A DNA stretch of 64,000 nucleotides from Rhizomicrobium sp. (GTDB taxonomy: Bacteria > Pseudomonadota > Alphaproteobacteria > Micropepsales > Micropepsaceae). The notes under the pieces were generated by a model. That model was not told where the DNA came from. It saw only the letters and a program-made list of their open reading frames with translations, and did no database searches. Made by a program: the position numbers and the translations under genes. Each line of letters begins with the position of its first letter. Positions within the stretch are counted from its first letter, which is position 1. Of this stretch, positions 30,251-39,649 are shown in pieces. The stretch lies in contig JBBCGJ010000001.1 of the NCBI GenBank assembly GCA_037200985.1, positions 718,756-782,755 on the forward strand, given 5' to 3'.

Positions 30251-32559
30251 GGCGATTCGTCCCTTGCGCAAAGAACCGGTCCCAGCCGGGGAATGCTGTC
30301 GTTCGGGGAACCCGGCGGCGGCTGCACCTCGAAACGGCAGGATCGTTCGCCGTACTCCACGGTCCCCTTCAGGGCGCGGCGAAAATCCGCGATGAAGATC
30401 TCGCCGCCGCGACCCACGACCAGGGGGTCGCCGCCGTCGCTCAGCGCGACGCGCGAACCGGGCGGCGGAGGATTTCCGTCGCGCAGATGCAGGATGACGA
30501 TGGCCGGACTGTGCGAACGCGGCGCCAGATCGACGATCACGCCACCCATGCGCCGCGGCACCACGATCTCGTCCGTGGTGTCGATGATCGTCGCAAGGTC
30601 GTAGTCGCGCGGGTCGATGGCGATCCGGTTCTCGGTATAGGGCACCAGCCCGGTGAGCAGCGCATCGCCGTCCGAATCGGCCGTCGCGACCTGCCGGTTC
30701 TCGCGGAAGATGCGGGCGTTCTCCTGGCCCGTGTGCACCAGCGCCACCGCGCCGTTCGGGATCTGCGTCGCGTAGACCGAACCGTCCATCGCCACGACCG
30801 CGCCGGAGGCCAGCACCCGCCCCGCCACGGCGCCGTCCCGCGACGTGACGTCGGCATCGAGACTGCCATGCGGGCCGATCCAGGTTGCTCCCGCCCGCGC
30901 GATGGTGGTGTCGCCGGTCGAGGCGGAGACGCGATAGCCGAAGCCGCCGTCGGGATTGACCGATCGGGCGAGGCCGACCTCTTCCTCATTGGCGTGGCGT
31001 CCGGCGCGCGCCGAGGCATCCGCGATGAGGCCGTCGTCGAGCGAGACGCTGAGAAACGCCTCGGCGGTCCACACCCGGTTGGTATAATCGTAGAAGCCGG
31101 TCGTGCCGACATACCAGCGGTCGGCGAAGGACAAGGTGTAGGATGCGGAGGCGAGCCGCGTCGTGTCGCGCCGCTCGCGCCGGGTTTCGATCCAGGACGC
31201 CGCGAAAGAGCCGTAGCGGGCGAGATTGAGATTCGCGCCGAGCTGCACCTGCAGTCTGGGCGGCGCGACGCCGCCGATGGTCGCGATGTCCTCATAGGTG
31301 CCGGAGGTGGCGTTGAGCGAGGCGAAGAACCCGACCGGATAGGACTGGGTGTCGAGCGACACCGAATAGAGCGCGCCGGTGCTGCGGATGCCGGCACGGT
31401 CGCTATGGCTGGCCGCGGCGGCGATCTGCATCGCGCCGTAAGGGCCGAGCGAGAAGGCCGCGCCGCCGCCCGCGAGCTGCACGTCCAGGGTCGCCTCGCC
31501 ATGCGTCTCGAGCGTCAGCCAGTCGGCGACGCCGACCCGATAGGTCCCGGTCATCGCCGCCTGGTCGTAGTCGAAACTGCGTATTCCGTAATTCTGGCGC
31601 AGGAACCCGATATCGAGATCGTAGGAGGAAAGCCCCGGGCGGAGCAGCGCATTGGTCGCGAAGAACGGCAGCACCGCCGTGGTCTCCCGCCCCAGCACGT
31701 CGCGTACCACGATGCTCGCCTGGCCGGCGCCGGTGATGACGGGAAGATTGTCGATCTGGAACGGGCCGGGTGCCAGCTCCGTCTCGAACACCCGCGCCGA
31801 ATTGACGAACACGTCCACCGTCGCGGGGACCGCCGACTGGCCGAAGAAACTCGGCAGGGGCAGGGTCGCGAGATCGGGCCGGAGCGCGAAGTCGGTGGCG
31901 ATCTGCAGGCCCGCGAAACGCACCGAGCGCGACCAGTTCAGGCCGCCGGAGATCGCGTCTCCCACCAGCCAGTGCCGCATCGATTCCTGCTGGTCGAACT
32001 CCGCGGTCGTATCGAGTCGCGTGAAGCGCGAACTTCCCGACTGGATTTGGGAGAAGCCGTTCGCGGTCAGTGTCCCGTACGGCGTGAAGACGGTGCCCGC
32101 CAGGGCGGCGCCGAGACTCGCCGTGTCGCCGGCATGGCCGAAATCGTCGACGGTGGCCGCCAGATCGTATTGGCCGATGAATCCGATGCCGGCGGTGGTC
32201 GCTTGCGCCGTCGGCGGCGCGCGCAGATCGAAGGTCTGCGGCGCGAGGCGGCGCTCGTCCGCGGTGAGCTGGAGCTGCTGCTCCGCGCCCTGGAGCTGCG
32301 CCTGCACGCCGTCGAGCGCGGCAAGGGCGACGAGCCCGTCGGCATCCGTTTCGGCGGGGCCTGCCTTGATGCCCGCCGCGGCAAGATCGACCGCGTCGAC
32401 GAGGATCGCTCCGTCGCGGTCGATGACCTTGGCGATCACATGGCTGGAATGGCCATTGACCCACAGCTCCAAAACGAGCCGTTCGCCGCCGCTTGCCGCC
32501 GCCGCCGCGCCGGCCAGATATGAATATGCCAGGGCCGCCGCGAGGGCCGCGCGTGTCAC
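30247..32559 (-). CDS. Fimbrial outer-membrane usher protein
   Basis: 770 aa. The GTG start overlaps the chaperone stop. The usher-like size and beta-rich composition sit in chaperone/SCPU context. Confidence 0.85.
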   Translation of the reverse strand: MTRAALAAALAYSYLAGAAAAASGGERLVLELWVNGHSSHVIAKVIDRDGAILVDAVDLAAAGIKAGPAETDADGLVALAALDGVQAQLQGAEQQLQLTADERRLAPQTFDLRAPPTAQATTAGIGFIGQYDLAATVDDFGHAGDTASLGAALAGTVFTPYGTLTANGFSQIQSGSSRFTRLDTTAEFDQQESMRHWLVGDAISGGLNWSRSVRFAGLQIATDFALRPDLATLPLPSFFGQSAVPATVDVFVNSARVFETELAPGPFQIDNLPVITGAGQASIVVRDVLGRETTAVLPFFATNALLRPGLSSYDLDIGFLRQNYGIRSFDYDQAAMTGTYRVGVADWLTLETHGEATLDVQLAGGGAAFSLGPYGAMQIAAAASHSDRAGIRSTGALYSVSLDTQSYPVGFFASLNATSGTYEDIATIGGVAPPRLQVQLGANLNLARYGSFAASWIETRRERRDTTRLASASYTLSFADRWYVGTTGFYDYTNRVWTAEAFLSVSLDDGLIADASARAGRHANEEEVGLARSVNPDGGFGYRVSASTGDTTIARAGATWIGPHGSLDADVTSRDGAVAGRVLASGAVVAMDGSVYATQIPNGAVALVHTGQENARIFRENRQVATADSDGDALLTGLVPYTENRIAIDPRDYDLATIIDTTDEIVVPRRMGGVIVDLAPRSHSPAIVILHLRDGNPPPPGSRVALSDGGDPLVVGRGGEIFIADFRRALKGTVEYGERSCRFEVQPPPGSPNDSIPRLGPVLCARDESP

Positions 32560-33284
32560 GGAGCGACGATGATCGACGTACCGATCGCCGTGCTGTCGCT
32601 GTCGTCGAGCCCGGTGAGCCGCAGCGTTTCACCGGCTTTCAGCCCCGGCAGCGCCACCGTCCAGCGGCGCGAAACGCCGGCAAGGATGTAGGAGATCGTG
32701 TCCGGCGCCACGGCGACCTTCGCGCCGCCGGCGGTCGTGAGAACCATGTTCATGAGCTTGGCGTGGCGCGTGCCGCTGTTGCGGGCCGCGAGCGAAAAAC
32801 CGCCGGGGCTCGGCACGGCGCTCCAGGCAAGGCGGGCCGGAGTCGGATGCGGGCTTGCGACGAAGATGGGAACGCTCAATTGCAGCAGCACGCGGACGCC
32901 CTGCGGAGCGGAAATCTGCGGATCGGGAAGTTCGCTGACGACGAGGCGGAAGCTTCGCTCGTCCGGCGCGGCTCCCGGCCCGATCGCCAGACGGATGGTC
33001 TGGCGCCGTTCCGGGATCAGACGCACCATGGGCGGACTGATGGTCAGCGCATCGCTTCTGTCGAGTTGTTCGCCCCTGTCGGTCTGCCGCCAGTCGAAGC
33101 CCTGGACCTGGACGACGATCGGCTGCGATCCGTGGTTGGTGACGTAGAAGACCGCCCGGTCGGCCCCCGGCGCCAGATCGATCGTCGTCGGGGCGATTTC
33201 GAAAGCACCCGCCGCGGCCGGGCCGGAGCCCAGCGCTCCCAGCCCGACCGTGCCCGCCACCAGAAGACCGATCAGTGCGCGCAT
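32556..33284 (-). CDS. Periplasmic pilus chaperone (PapD-like)
   Basis: 242 aa with a signal peptide. Two-Ig-domain chaperone pattern between a pilin gene and the usher gene. Confidence 0.85.
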   Translation of the reverse strand: MRALIGLLVAGTVGLGALGSGPAAAGAFEIAPTTIDLAPGADRAVFYVTNHGSQPIVVQVQGFDWRQTDRGEQLDRSDALTISPPMVRLIPERRQTIRLAIGPGAAPDERSFRLVVSELPDPQISAPQGVRVLLQLSVPIFVASPHPTPARLAWSAVPSPGGFSLAARNSGTRHAKLMNMVLTTAGGAKVAVAPDTISYILAGVSRRWTVALPGLKAGETLRLTGLDDSDSTAIGTSIIVAP

Positions 33285-33294
33285 GGCGACGGCC

Positions 33295-33825
33295 TCAGTA
33301 CGTCAGCGTGACGGTAACGAGATCGGCATAGAGGCCGGCCGCGGGATGCTGCAGCGCCGGCGCGCGGCCGTAGATCGTGTAGTTCTGCGGCACGAGCGCC
33401 GCCGTGCCGCCGACCGTGCTGGTCGCCAGCGTGCCGTCGCCCCACAAGGTCGTGCGACCCGCGTTCGAGTACATCATATAGTTGAGCGTGCCGCCGGTCA
33501 CGAGGCCGGTCATCGACCGCGCCGCGACCGTCGCGCCGATGCCCGTGCCCGCGTCGGCCGCGATCGTGTAGGCGACGCCGGCGGTGCAGATCGCCGTCAC
33601 TGTGCTCGACGCGTCGGTGGGCGTGGCGGCAACGCTGGAATAATTGCCGAAGATCAGATCGGTCGCGGTCACGGCGCACCCGGACAGGACGGTGGCCGTC
33701 ACGGCGAAGGTGCCCGTCGCCGTCGCGGCTTGACCTTGTGTCGCGCCGCCGGCGGCGAGAAGAACGAAGGCGCCGCAAACGCGCAACGATCTGTGCCCGG
33801 CAGGCAGAAGATTTGCAAAACGCAT
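33295..33825 (-). CDS. Spore coat U (SCPU) domain pilus major subunit
   Basis: 176 aa with a signal peptide. C-terminus ...LYADLVTVTLTY parallels the other SCPU gene. Confidence 0.85.
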   Translation of the reverse strand: MRFANLLPAGHRSLRVCGAFVLLAAGGATQGQAATATGTFAVTATVLSGCAVTATDLIFGNYSSVAATPTDASSTVTAICTAGVAYTIAADAGTGIGATVAARSMTGLVTGGTLNYMMYSNAGRTTLWGDGTLATSTVGGTAALVPQNYTIYGRAPALQHPAAGLYADLVTVTLTY

Positions 33826-34111
33826 CGGATGGATATCCTTTGGATGACGACAGGCCGTCTGGCGATGCAGCTCGCAAAACCGGTTTTCTGCTCAATGCAA
33901 CCTGTCAGTGCACATGAATGCGCATGCAACCGTTAATGAAATACTTTTTCGCAAGGAAATCGACAAACAAAATTCATAGGTAGAAATACAGCTATCGGAA
34001 CTGTTCAATATTGACGCCGGAAGTTCCACGAATACGTGGGATGAAATCCAGTAAACGGCGCGAATTCCATTGCCATGGCCTGATGGCCGGTGACCAAGTT
34101 CCGGCTGGAAC

Positions 34112-34732
34112 TCAATACAGATTTTTCCTGGCGTCCTGGTCCAGGGCGAAATCGATGATCTTCGCGGGGACGATCGACTTCAACTGGTCCTTGACCATCT
34201 GGCCGAAGCTCGGCAGTGCGGAGCGCGGCACGCGCTTGCCCGGATTCCACAAATCGGACCGGCGCAGCGCCTTGGTGCAGTGCAGATAGGACTCCCGCAC
34301 CGCGACGACCACGACGGAGCGCGGCCGCTTCCCCTCGACGACGAAGCGCGCCATGAGGTCTTCCGCGGTCGAAACGGTCGCCAGTCCGTTGATCCGCAGC
34401 ATCTCGTCGAAGCCGGGGATGAAGAACAGCAGGCCCACCGCCGGCGCGCGCACGATGTTGGTGAGCGTGTCGAGCCGGTTGTTGCCGGGCCTGTCCGGAA
34501 AGGCGAGGCGCTTGGCGTCGAGCACATGGACGAAGCCGGGCTCGCCGCCGCGGGGCGATACGTCGGCGAGATCGTCCGGCCGGCTGGAGCCGATGCAGAA
34601 GAACGGCGACAGCGCGATGAAAGCCCGCGCATGGACGTCGACATGGTCGAGCGCCTTGTCGCGCGCCCCTTGCGACGGTTCGGCATAGGTCGTCCGCAGA
34701 TCCGCTTCGGAACGCAGTTCGTGATCGGTCAT
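34112..34732 (-). CDS. Pyridoxamine 5'-phosphate oxidase family FMN-binding protein
   Basis: 206 aa. PPOX-like split-barrel signature region ISPRGG.PGFV...PDRPGNNR.DTL.NI. Confidence 0.75.
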   Translation of the reverse strand: MTDHELRSEADLRTTYAEPSQGARDKALDHVDVHARAFIALSPFFCIGSSRPDDLADVSPRGGEPGFVHVLDAKRLAFPDRPGNNRLDTLTNIVRAPAVGLLFFIPGFDEMLRINGLATVSTAEDLMARFVVEGKRPRSVVVVAVRESYLHCTKALRRSDLWNPGKRVPRSALPSFGQMVKDQLKSIVPAKIIDFALDQDARKNLY

Positions 34733-34758
34733 CGTCTCTTCCCCGTCCGGATCGTCGT

Positions 34759-35283
34759 CTAGTGAACCATGATCGAGCCGCGATGGGTCGGCTCCGCCCG
34801 GCGCCCGGCGGCGCCTGTCATGCGATGGCGCAGCGGCACGACGAGATCGGCCCTGGCCAGCGCCGCCGCCAGGCCCTTCGCCGGAAAAACCGCGAGGCGC
34901 ACCGCCGCCGGCGCAAGCCAGCCGGCGAGAACGTCGCGCGCCTCCCAGGCGCGGCCGTGCTGCAGGAGGCTCACGAGCTGCAACAGGCGTCCTTCGTCAT
35001 GGCTGAGGGATGGGCAATGCCGACAGCGCACATCGAGGCTGCGGCGCGCCGTGGCGGCGACGATTCCGAACAGGGCGTCGAAGGCCGGCACGGCGCAGCA
35101 GCCGGCGCCGCTGGCCGCGAGGCCGCCGCGCCAGTCGATTCCGCTGTCGGGATGGCAGTGCGCCGCCGCGAACAGGCGCAGCGTCGTGACAAGCAGGAGC
35201 TCGGAAGTGTGAAGGCGCGCGAGCGGCTCGTTGTCCAGATAGACCCTTTGCGGCACGTGAGCTTCGAAGGGCATGACCGTCAT
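34759..35283 (-). CDS. Hypothetical Cys/His-containing protein
   Basis: 174 aa from the ATG at 35283, 26 nt upstream of the PPOX gene. Contains HCHPD, GCC and CRHC. No family recognised. Protein-like composition, compared with the arginine-rich shadow ORF on the opposite strand. Confidence 0.45.
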   Translation of the reverse strand: MTVMPFEAHVPQRVYLDNEPLARLHTSELLLVTTLRLFAAAHCHPDSGIDWRGGLAASGAGCCAVPAFDALFGIVAATARRSLDVRCRHCPSLSHDEGRLLQLVSLLQHGRAWEARDVLAGWLAPAAVRLAVFPAKGLAAALARADLVVPLRHRMTGAAGRRAEPTHRGSIMVH

Positions 35284-35531
35284 GATGGACCTTTCCTGGA
35301 AAAGCGCCGCGGACACCGCCGACGACGGCGCGGCCGCGCTGAAATTGCAGACGCCGGTGGGTTCCCATCCGAACGCCGGACCTCCATTGTATTTGCGAAT
35401 TAATCGCAACTAGAGGATTCAATATTGCTAGTGAGAGTGAATTGCAATAGCGACGGTTACGGGTAGCGGCACGCCGGAGCCGTAGCTGGGGGCGGCGCCG
35501 ATATCTTTCGCATCCACCACGGGAGCAAGAC

Positions 35532-36059
35532 ATGCGCAGGGCAATCGCCGTTTCGATGGGACTTCTGGCCGGCGCCGCCGGTCTCGCCTCCGCGGCGCGG
35601 GCCGCCGAATTCTATATCGGCGAGCCGGTCGTGAAGGACGGCCTGCAGATCGTTCCGAACTACCTGGTCGGCATCGAGATGGACCGCATGCCGCCCGGCG
35701 GCGAAATGGGACCGAATACGGTGCATCTCGAGGCGGACGTCCATGCGACCGCCGGCGAGACGCATGGCTTCGCCGAGGATGCGTGGATTCCCTATCTCAC
35801 GATCCGCTACACGCTGACCAAGGATGGCACCGCGTTCAAGAAAACCGGCACGCTCGCGCCGATGACGGCGGGCGACGGTCCGCACTACGCGAACAACGTC
35901 GCGATGTCGGGACCCGGGACCTATCGGCTGACCTATGAAATCCTGCCGCCCTCCGCCAACGGCTTCCGCCGCCATATCGACAAGGCGACCGGCGTGCCCG
36001 TCTGGTGGAAGCCGATCACGGCCCATTGGACCTTCGCCTATCCCAGCAAGAGCAAATAA
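35532..36059 (+). CDS. Periplasmic iron-binding protein, P19/FtrA (Tp34-like) family
   Basis: 175 aa with a signal peptide. EFYIGEPV..GL.I.PNYL.GIEMD and HLEADVHAT...GF motifs are characteristic of the P19 iron transporter component. Confidence 0.8.
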   Translation: MRRAIAVSMGLLAGAAGLASAARAAEFYIGEPVVKDGLQIVPNYLVGIEMDRMPPGGEMGPNTVHLEADVHATAGETHGFAEDAWIPYLTIRYTLTKDGTAFKKTGTLAPMTAGDGPHYANNVAMSGPGTYRLTYEILPPSANGFRRHIDKATGVPVWWKPITAHWTFAYPSKSK

Positions 36060-36218
36060 CGCCCGCCGCCGCCGCGCCACGCCCGCCGTCAGGCTTTGGA
36101 TGAGACGCGCGCGGAAGCGCTAAAATGCGCTGCGTCGTTCGCCGATCGGCGTTGCGCGGTCTTGACTTTCCGCCCGCAAGACGCCTTCCAAGGTCAGCGA
36201 TCTCGTAGAGGTAGGTTC

Positions 36219-37337
36219 ATGGACGGCGATCTTCTCGGCATTACCGCGGCAGTGGCGCGCCGGCCCAACGAGCCCTTCAGCATCGAGCAGTTGACGCTCG
36301 AACCGCCGCGGCCGGACGAGGTGCTGGTGCGCATCGTCGCCGCCGGCATGTGCCACACCGATCTGATGGCCAAGGACACGGCGCAGATGCCGCATCCGAT
36401 GGTTCTGGGCCATGAAGGCGCCGGCGTGGTCGAGCGGGTCGGCTCGGCCGTTCGCACGCTTCGGCCGGGCGACCATGTGGTCCTCACCTTCATGTTCTGC
36501 GGCCATTGTTCGCGATGCCTGCGCGGCGAGCCCAGCTATTGCGAGTCGATCATGCCGCTCTGCTTCGGCGGCGCGCGCGAGGACGGCTCGACCGCGACGC
36601 AGGATGCGCACGGCCCCGTCCACGACCATTTCTTCGGCCAGTCGTCCTTCGCGACCTATGCCCTGGCGAGCGAGCGCAATGCGATCAAGGTCCCCAACGA
36701 CGCACCACTCGAATTGCTGGGGCCGTTCGGCTGCGGCCTGCCGACCGGTGCCGGCGCGGTGATCAACGCGCTCAAGGTCGGCGTCGGCCAGAGCCTGGCC
36801 GTGTTCGGCGCCGGCGCGGTCGGCATGGCGGCGATCATGGCCGCGAAGATCGTCGGCGCCACGACGATCGTCGCGGTCGATCTGGTCGACAGCCGGCTCG
36901 AGCTGGCGCGCGAGCTCGGCGCGACCGATGTCGTGAACGGCCACGCGCCGGATCGGGTCGAGCGGGTCATGGCGGCGACCTCGGGAAAGGGCGTGGACTT
37001 CGCGCTGGATGCCACGGGCACGGACAAGGTCATGCCCATGGCGATGCAGGTCCTGGCCCATCGCGGCACCTGCGGCTTCGTCGGCGGCGCCGCGCCGGGC
37101 GCGACCACGGCGGTCGATCTCGGATGGCTGATGACCGGCGGGCGCACCCTGCGCGGCATCCTCGAAGGCGACGCGGTGCCGGACCGGTTCATCCCGGCGC
37201 TGATCGAGCTGCACCGCCAGGGCCGCTTCCCGTTTGAGAAGCTGGTGAAGGTCTACGAGCTGGCCGACATCAACCAGGCCGCCCGCGACAGCGAAAGCGG
37301 CAAGACGATCAAGCCGGTCATTCGGATGCCTGGCTAA
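36219..37337 (+). CDS. Zn-dependent alcohol dehydrogenase (aryl-alcohol dehydrogenase-like)
   Basis: ATG at 36219. GMCHTDL, GHEGAGVV, GAGAVGMAA. Confidence 0.9.
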   Translation: MDGDLLGITAAVARRPNEPFSIEQLTLEPPRPDEVLVRIVAAGMCHTDLMAKDTAQMPHPMVLGHEGAGVVERVGSAVRTLRPGDHVVLTFMFCGHCSRCLRGEPSYCESIMPLCFGGAREDGSTATQDAHGPVHDHFFGQSSFATYALASERNAIKVPNDAPLELLGPFGCGLPTGAGAVINALKVGVGQSLAVFGAGAVGMAAIMAAKIVGATTIVAVDLVDSRLELARELGATDVVNGHAPDRVERVMAATSGKGVDFALDATGTDKVMPMAMQVLAHRGTCGFVGGAAPGATTAVDLGWLMTGGRTLRGILEGDAVPDRFIPALIELHRQGRFPFEKLVKVYELADINQAARDSESGKTIKPVIRMPG

Positions 37338-37397
37338 CTTGGCACCACCTTCGTTTGGATCAAATCGATAAGAAATTCGTCGTCGTCCAGCTTGTCC

Positions 37398-37455
37398 GGG
37401 CGACCCAATTTTCTTTCGGCGGCCAAATTGGATCGCCCGCATGAAGCGGGCGATG
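37398..37455. repeat. Nested palindromic REP-like element (family A)
   Basis: GGGCGACCCAATT...AATTGGATCGCCC, then GATCGCCCGC-ATGAA-GCGGGCGATG. Lies between convergent adh and glcB and shares its core with 23829-23859. Confidence 0.75.
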
Positions 37456-37474
37456 ACGACTGGTTTCCCACGAT

Positions 37475-39637
37475 TCAATCCAAACCGGAGCGATGCTGAC
37501 CGCCCCCTGCCTTCGCCCGCGCGCGGAAGGCGTGCAACAGCGGCTCGGTATAGCCATTGGGCTGCTCGACGCCTTCGAACACGAGCGCGCGCGCGGCCTG
37601 AAAGGCGAGACTCTCGCTCTCATTCCCCGCCATCGGCCGATAGGCCGGATCGCCGGCATTCTGCGCGTCGACTTTGCCCGCCATGCGCCTCAGCGCCTCC
37701 TCGACCTCGTCGGCCGTGCACACGCCGTGCAGGAGCCAGTTCGCCATGTGCTGGGACGAGATGCGCAGCGTCGCGCGATCCTCCATCAGTCCCACATCGT
37801 GGATATCCGGCACCTTGGAGCAGCCGATCCCCTGGTCCACCCAGCGCACGACATAGCCGAGGATTCCCTGAGCGTTGTTGTCGAGCTCCTCGCGGATCTC
37901 TCCCGGCGACCGGTTGCGCCCCGGCGCTACGGGAATTTTCAACAAGTCATCGAGCGGCGGAACGGCCTCGCCGGCGATCTCCCTCTGCCGTCCGAACACG
38001 TCGACCTGGTGATAGTGCAGCGCATGCAGCGTCGCCGCCGTCGGGCTCGGCACCCAGGCGGTGTTCGCGCCGGCGCGGGGATGGCCGATCTTCTGCTCCA
38101 GCATCTCGGCCATGCGGTCCGGCGCCGCCCACATGCCCTTGCCGATCTGCGCCTTGCCCGCGAGGCCGCAGGCCAGCCCGATCCGCACATTGCGGTCCTC
38201 ATAGGCCTTGATCCAGGTCTCGCCGCGCATCTGACCCTTGCGCACCATCGCGCCGGCGCGCATCGACGTATGGATTTCGTCACCCGTGCGGTCGAGGAAG
38301 CCGGTGTTGATGAAGACGAGCCGGCCTTTGACCGCTTCGATGCAGGCGGCGAGGTTCGCCGACGTCCGCCGCTCCTCGTCCATCACGCCGACTTTCACCG
38401 TATGGCGCGCGAGCCCCAGCAAGTCCTCGACGGCATCGAACAGATCGTTCGTGAACGCGGCTTCTTCCGGTCCGTGCATCTTCGGCTTGACGATATAGAC
38501 CGAACCGGCACGGCTGCTCCGGTGACGGCCGAGGTCTTTGATGTCGTACAGCCCGATCAGGCTGGTGACGATAGCGTCCAGGATGCCTTCCGGGGCCTCG
38601 CCGCCATCGGCCAGCAGCACCGCCGGCGTGGTCATCAGATGGCCGACATTGCGCACGAACAGCAGCGCGCGGCCGGGCAGGGTGATCGTCCCGCCACCGG
38701 GCGCCGCGAAGATCCGGTCGGGATGCAGCGCGCGGGTCATGGCCCGTCCGCCCTTGTCGAAGCTCGCTTCCAGATCGCCGCGCATCACGCCCAGCCAATT
38801 GGCATAGGCGGCGACTTTGTCCTCGGCGTCGACCGCCGCGATGGAATCCTCCAGGTCGACGATGGTCGTCAGCGCCGATTCCAGAACCACGTCCGCCACG
38901 CCCGCGCGGTCGGTCTTGCCGATGGGATGCGCGCGATCGAGCAGCAATTCGATATGCAGGCCGTTGTGCTTCAAGAGGATGGACGCCGGGTTCGCCGGAT
39001 CGCCGATATAGCCGGCCAGAGCCGCGGGCTCCTTCAGCGCGGGCCGCAGCGCACCGTTTTCGACGGCATAGCCCGTCGCATCGGCATGGCTGCCCGTCGC
39101 GAGCGGCGCGGCCTCGTCTAGGAACGCCTTGGCCCGCGCGATCACAAGCGCGCCGCGCTCCGGATCGTAACCGCCGGATTTGCCGTTACCCGGAAGGGCG
39201 TCGGTCCCATACAGCGCATCGTAGAGACTGCCCCAGCGCGCATTGACGGCGTTGAGCAGGAAGCGCGCGTTCAGCACCGGCACGACCAGTTGCGGCCCCG
39301 CCAGCCGCGCCACCTCGTCGTCGACCTTGGTCGAGGTGATGGCGAACGGCTTGGGCTCCTCGACCAGATAGCCGATGCCGCGCAGGAAAGTCTGATACGC
39401 CGCCGCATCAAAGGGTTGGTAGCGACGCTCTTCATGCCAAGCGTCTATCGTCTTCTGCATCTCATCGCGCTTGGCAAGAAGCCGCCGGTTCAGCGGCGCA
39501 AAGCGCGCGAAGATCGTCGCGACGCCCGCCCAGAACCCGTCCGGCGCGAGGCCGGTCGGCGGCAGGACATCGTCCTCGATCAGCCGCACGAGCGTTGCGG
39601 CGACGCGGAGGCCGGCTCTTTCCAACATCTCGGTCAT
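37475..39637 (-). CDS. glcB: Malate synthase G
   Basis: 720 aa, full-length collinearity with GlcB (MTE...RAGL.V...L..FI...VLPGTG, etc.). Confidence 0.95.
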   Translation of the reverse strand: MTEMLERAGLRVAATLVRLIEDDVLPPTGLAPDGFWAGVATIFARFAPLNRRLLAKRDEMQKTIDAWHEERRYQPFDAAAYQTFLRGIGYLVEEPKPFAITSTKVDDEVARLAGPQLVVPVLNARFLLNAVNARWGSLYDALYGTDALPGNGKSGGYDPERGALVIARAKAFLDEAAPLATGSHADATGYAVENGALRPALKEPAALAGYIGDPANPASILLKHNGLHIELLLDRAHPIGKTDRAGVADVVLESALTTIVDLEDSIAAVDAEDKVAAYANWLGVMRGDLEASFDKGGRAMTRALHPDRIFAAPGGGTITLPGRALLFVRNVGHLMTTPAVLLADGGEAPEGILDAIVTSLIGLYDIKDLGRHRSSRAGSVYIVKPKMHGPEEAAFTNDLFDAVEDLLGLARHTVKVGVMDEERRTSANLAACIEAVKGRLVFINTGFLDRTGDEIHTSMRAGAMVRKGQMRGETWIKAYEDRNVRIGLACGLAGKAQIGKGMWAAPDRMAEMLEQKIGHPRAGANTAWVPSPTAATLHALHYHQVDVFGRQREIAGEAVPPLDDLLKIPVAPGRNRSPGEIREELDNNAQGILGYVVRWVDQGIGCSKVPDIHDVGLMEDRATLRISSQHMANWLLHGVCTADEVEEALRRMAGKVDAQNAGDPAYRPMAGNESESLAFQAARALVFEGVEQPNGYTEPLLHAFRARAKAGGGQHRSGLD

Positions 39638-39649
39638 GGCTCGCTGCTT

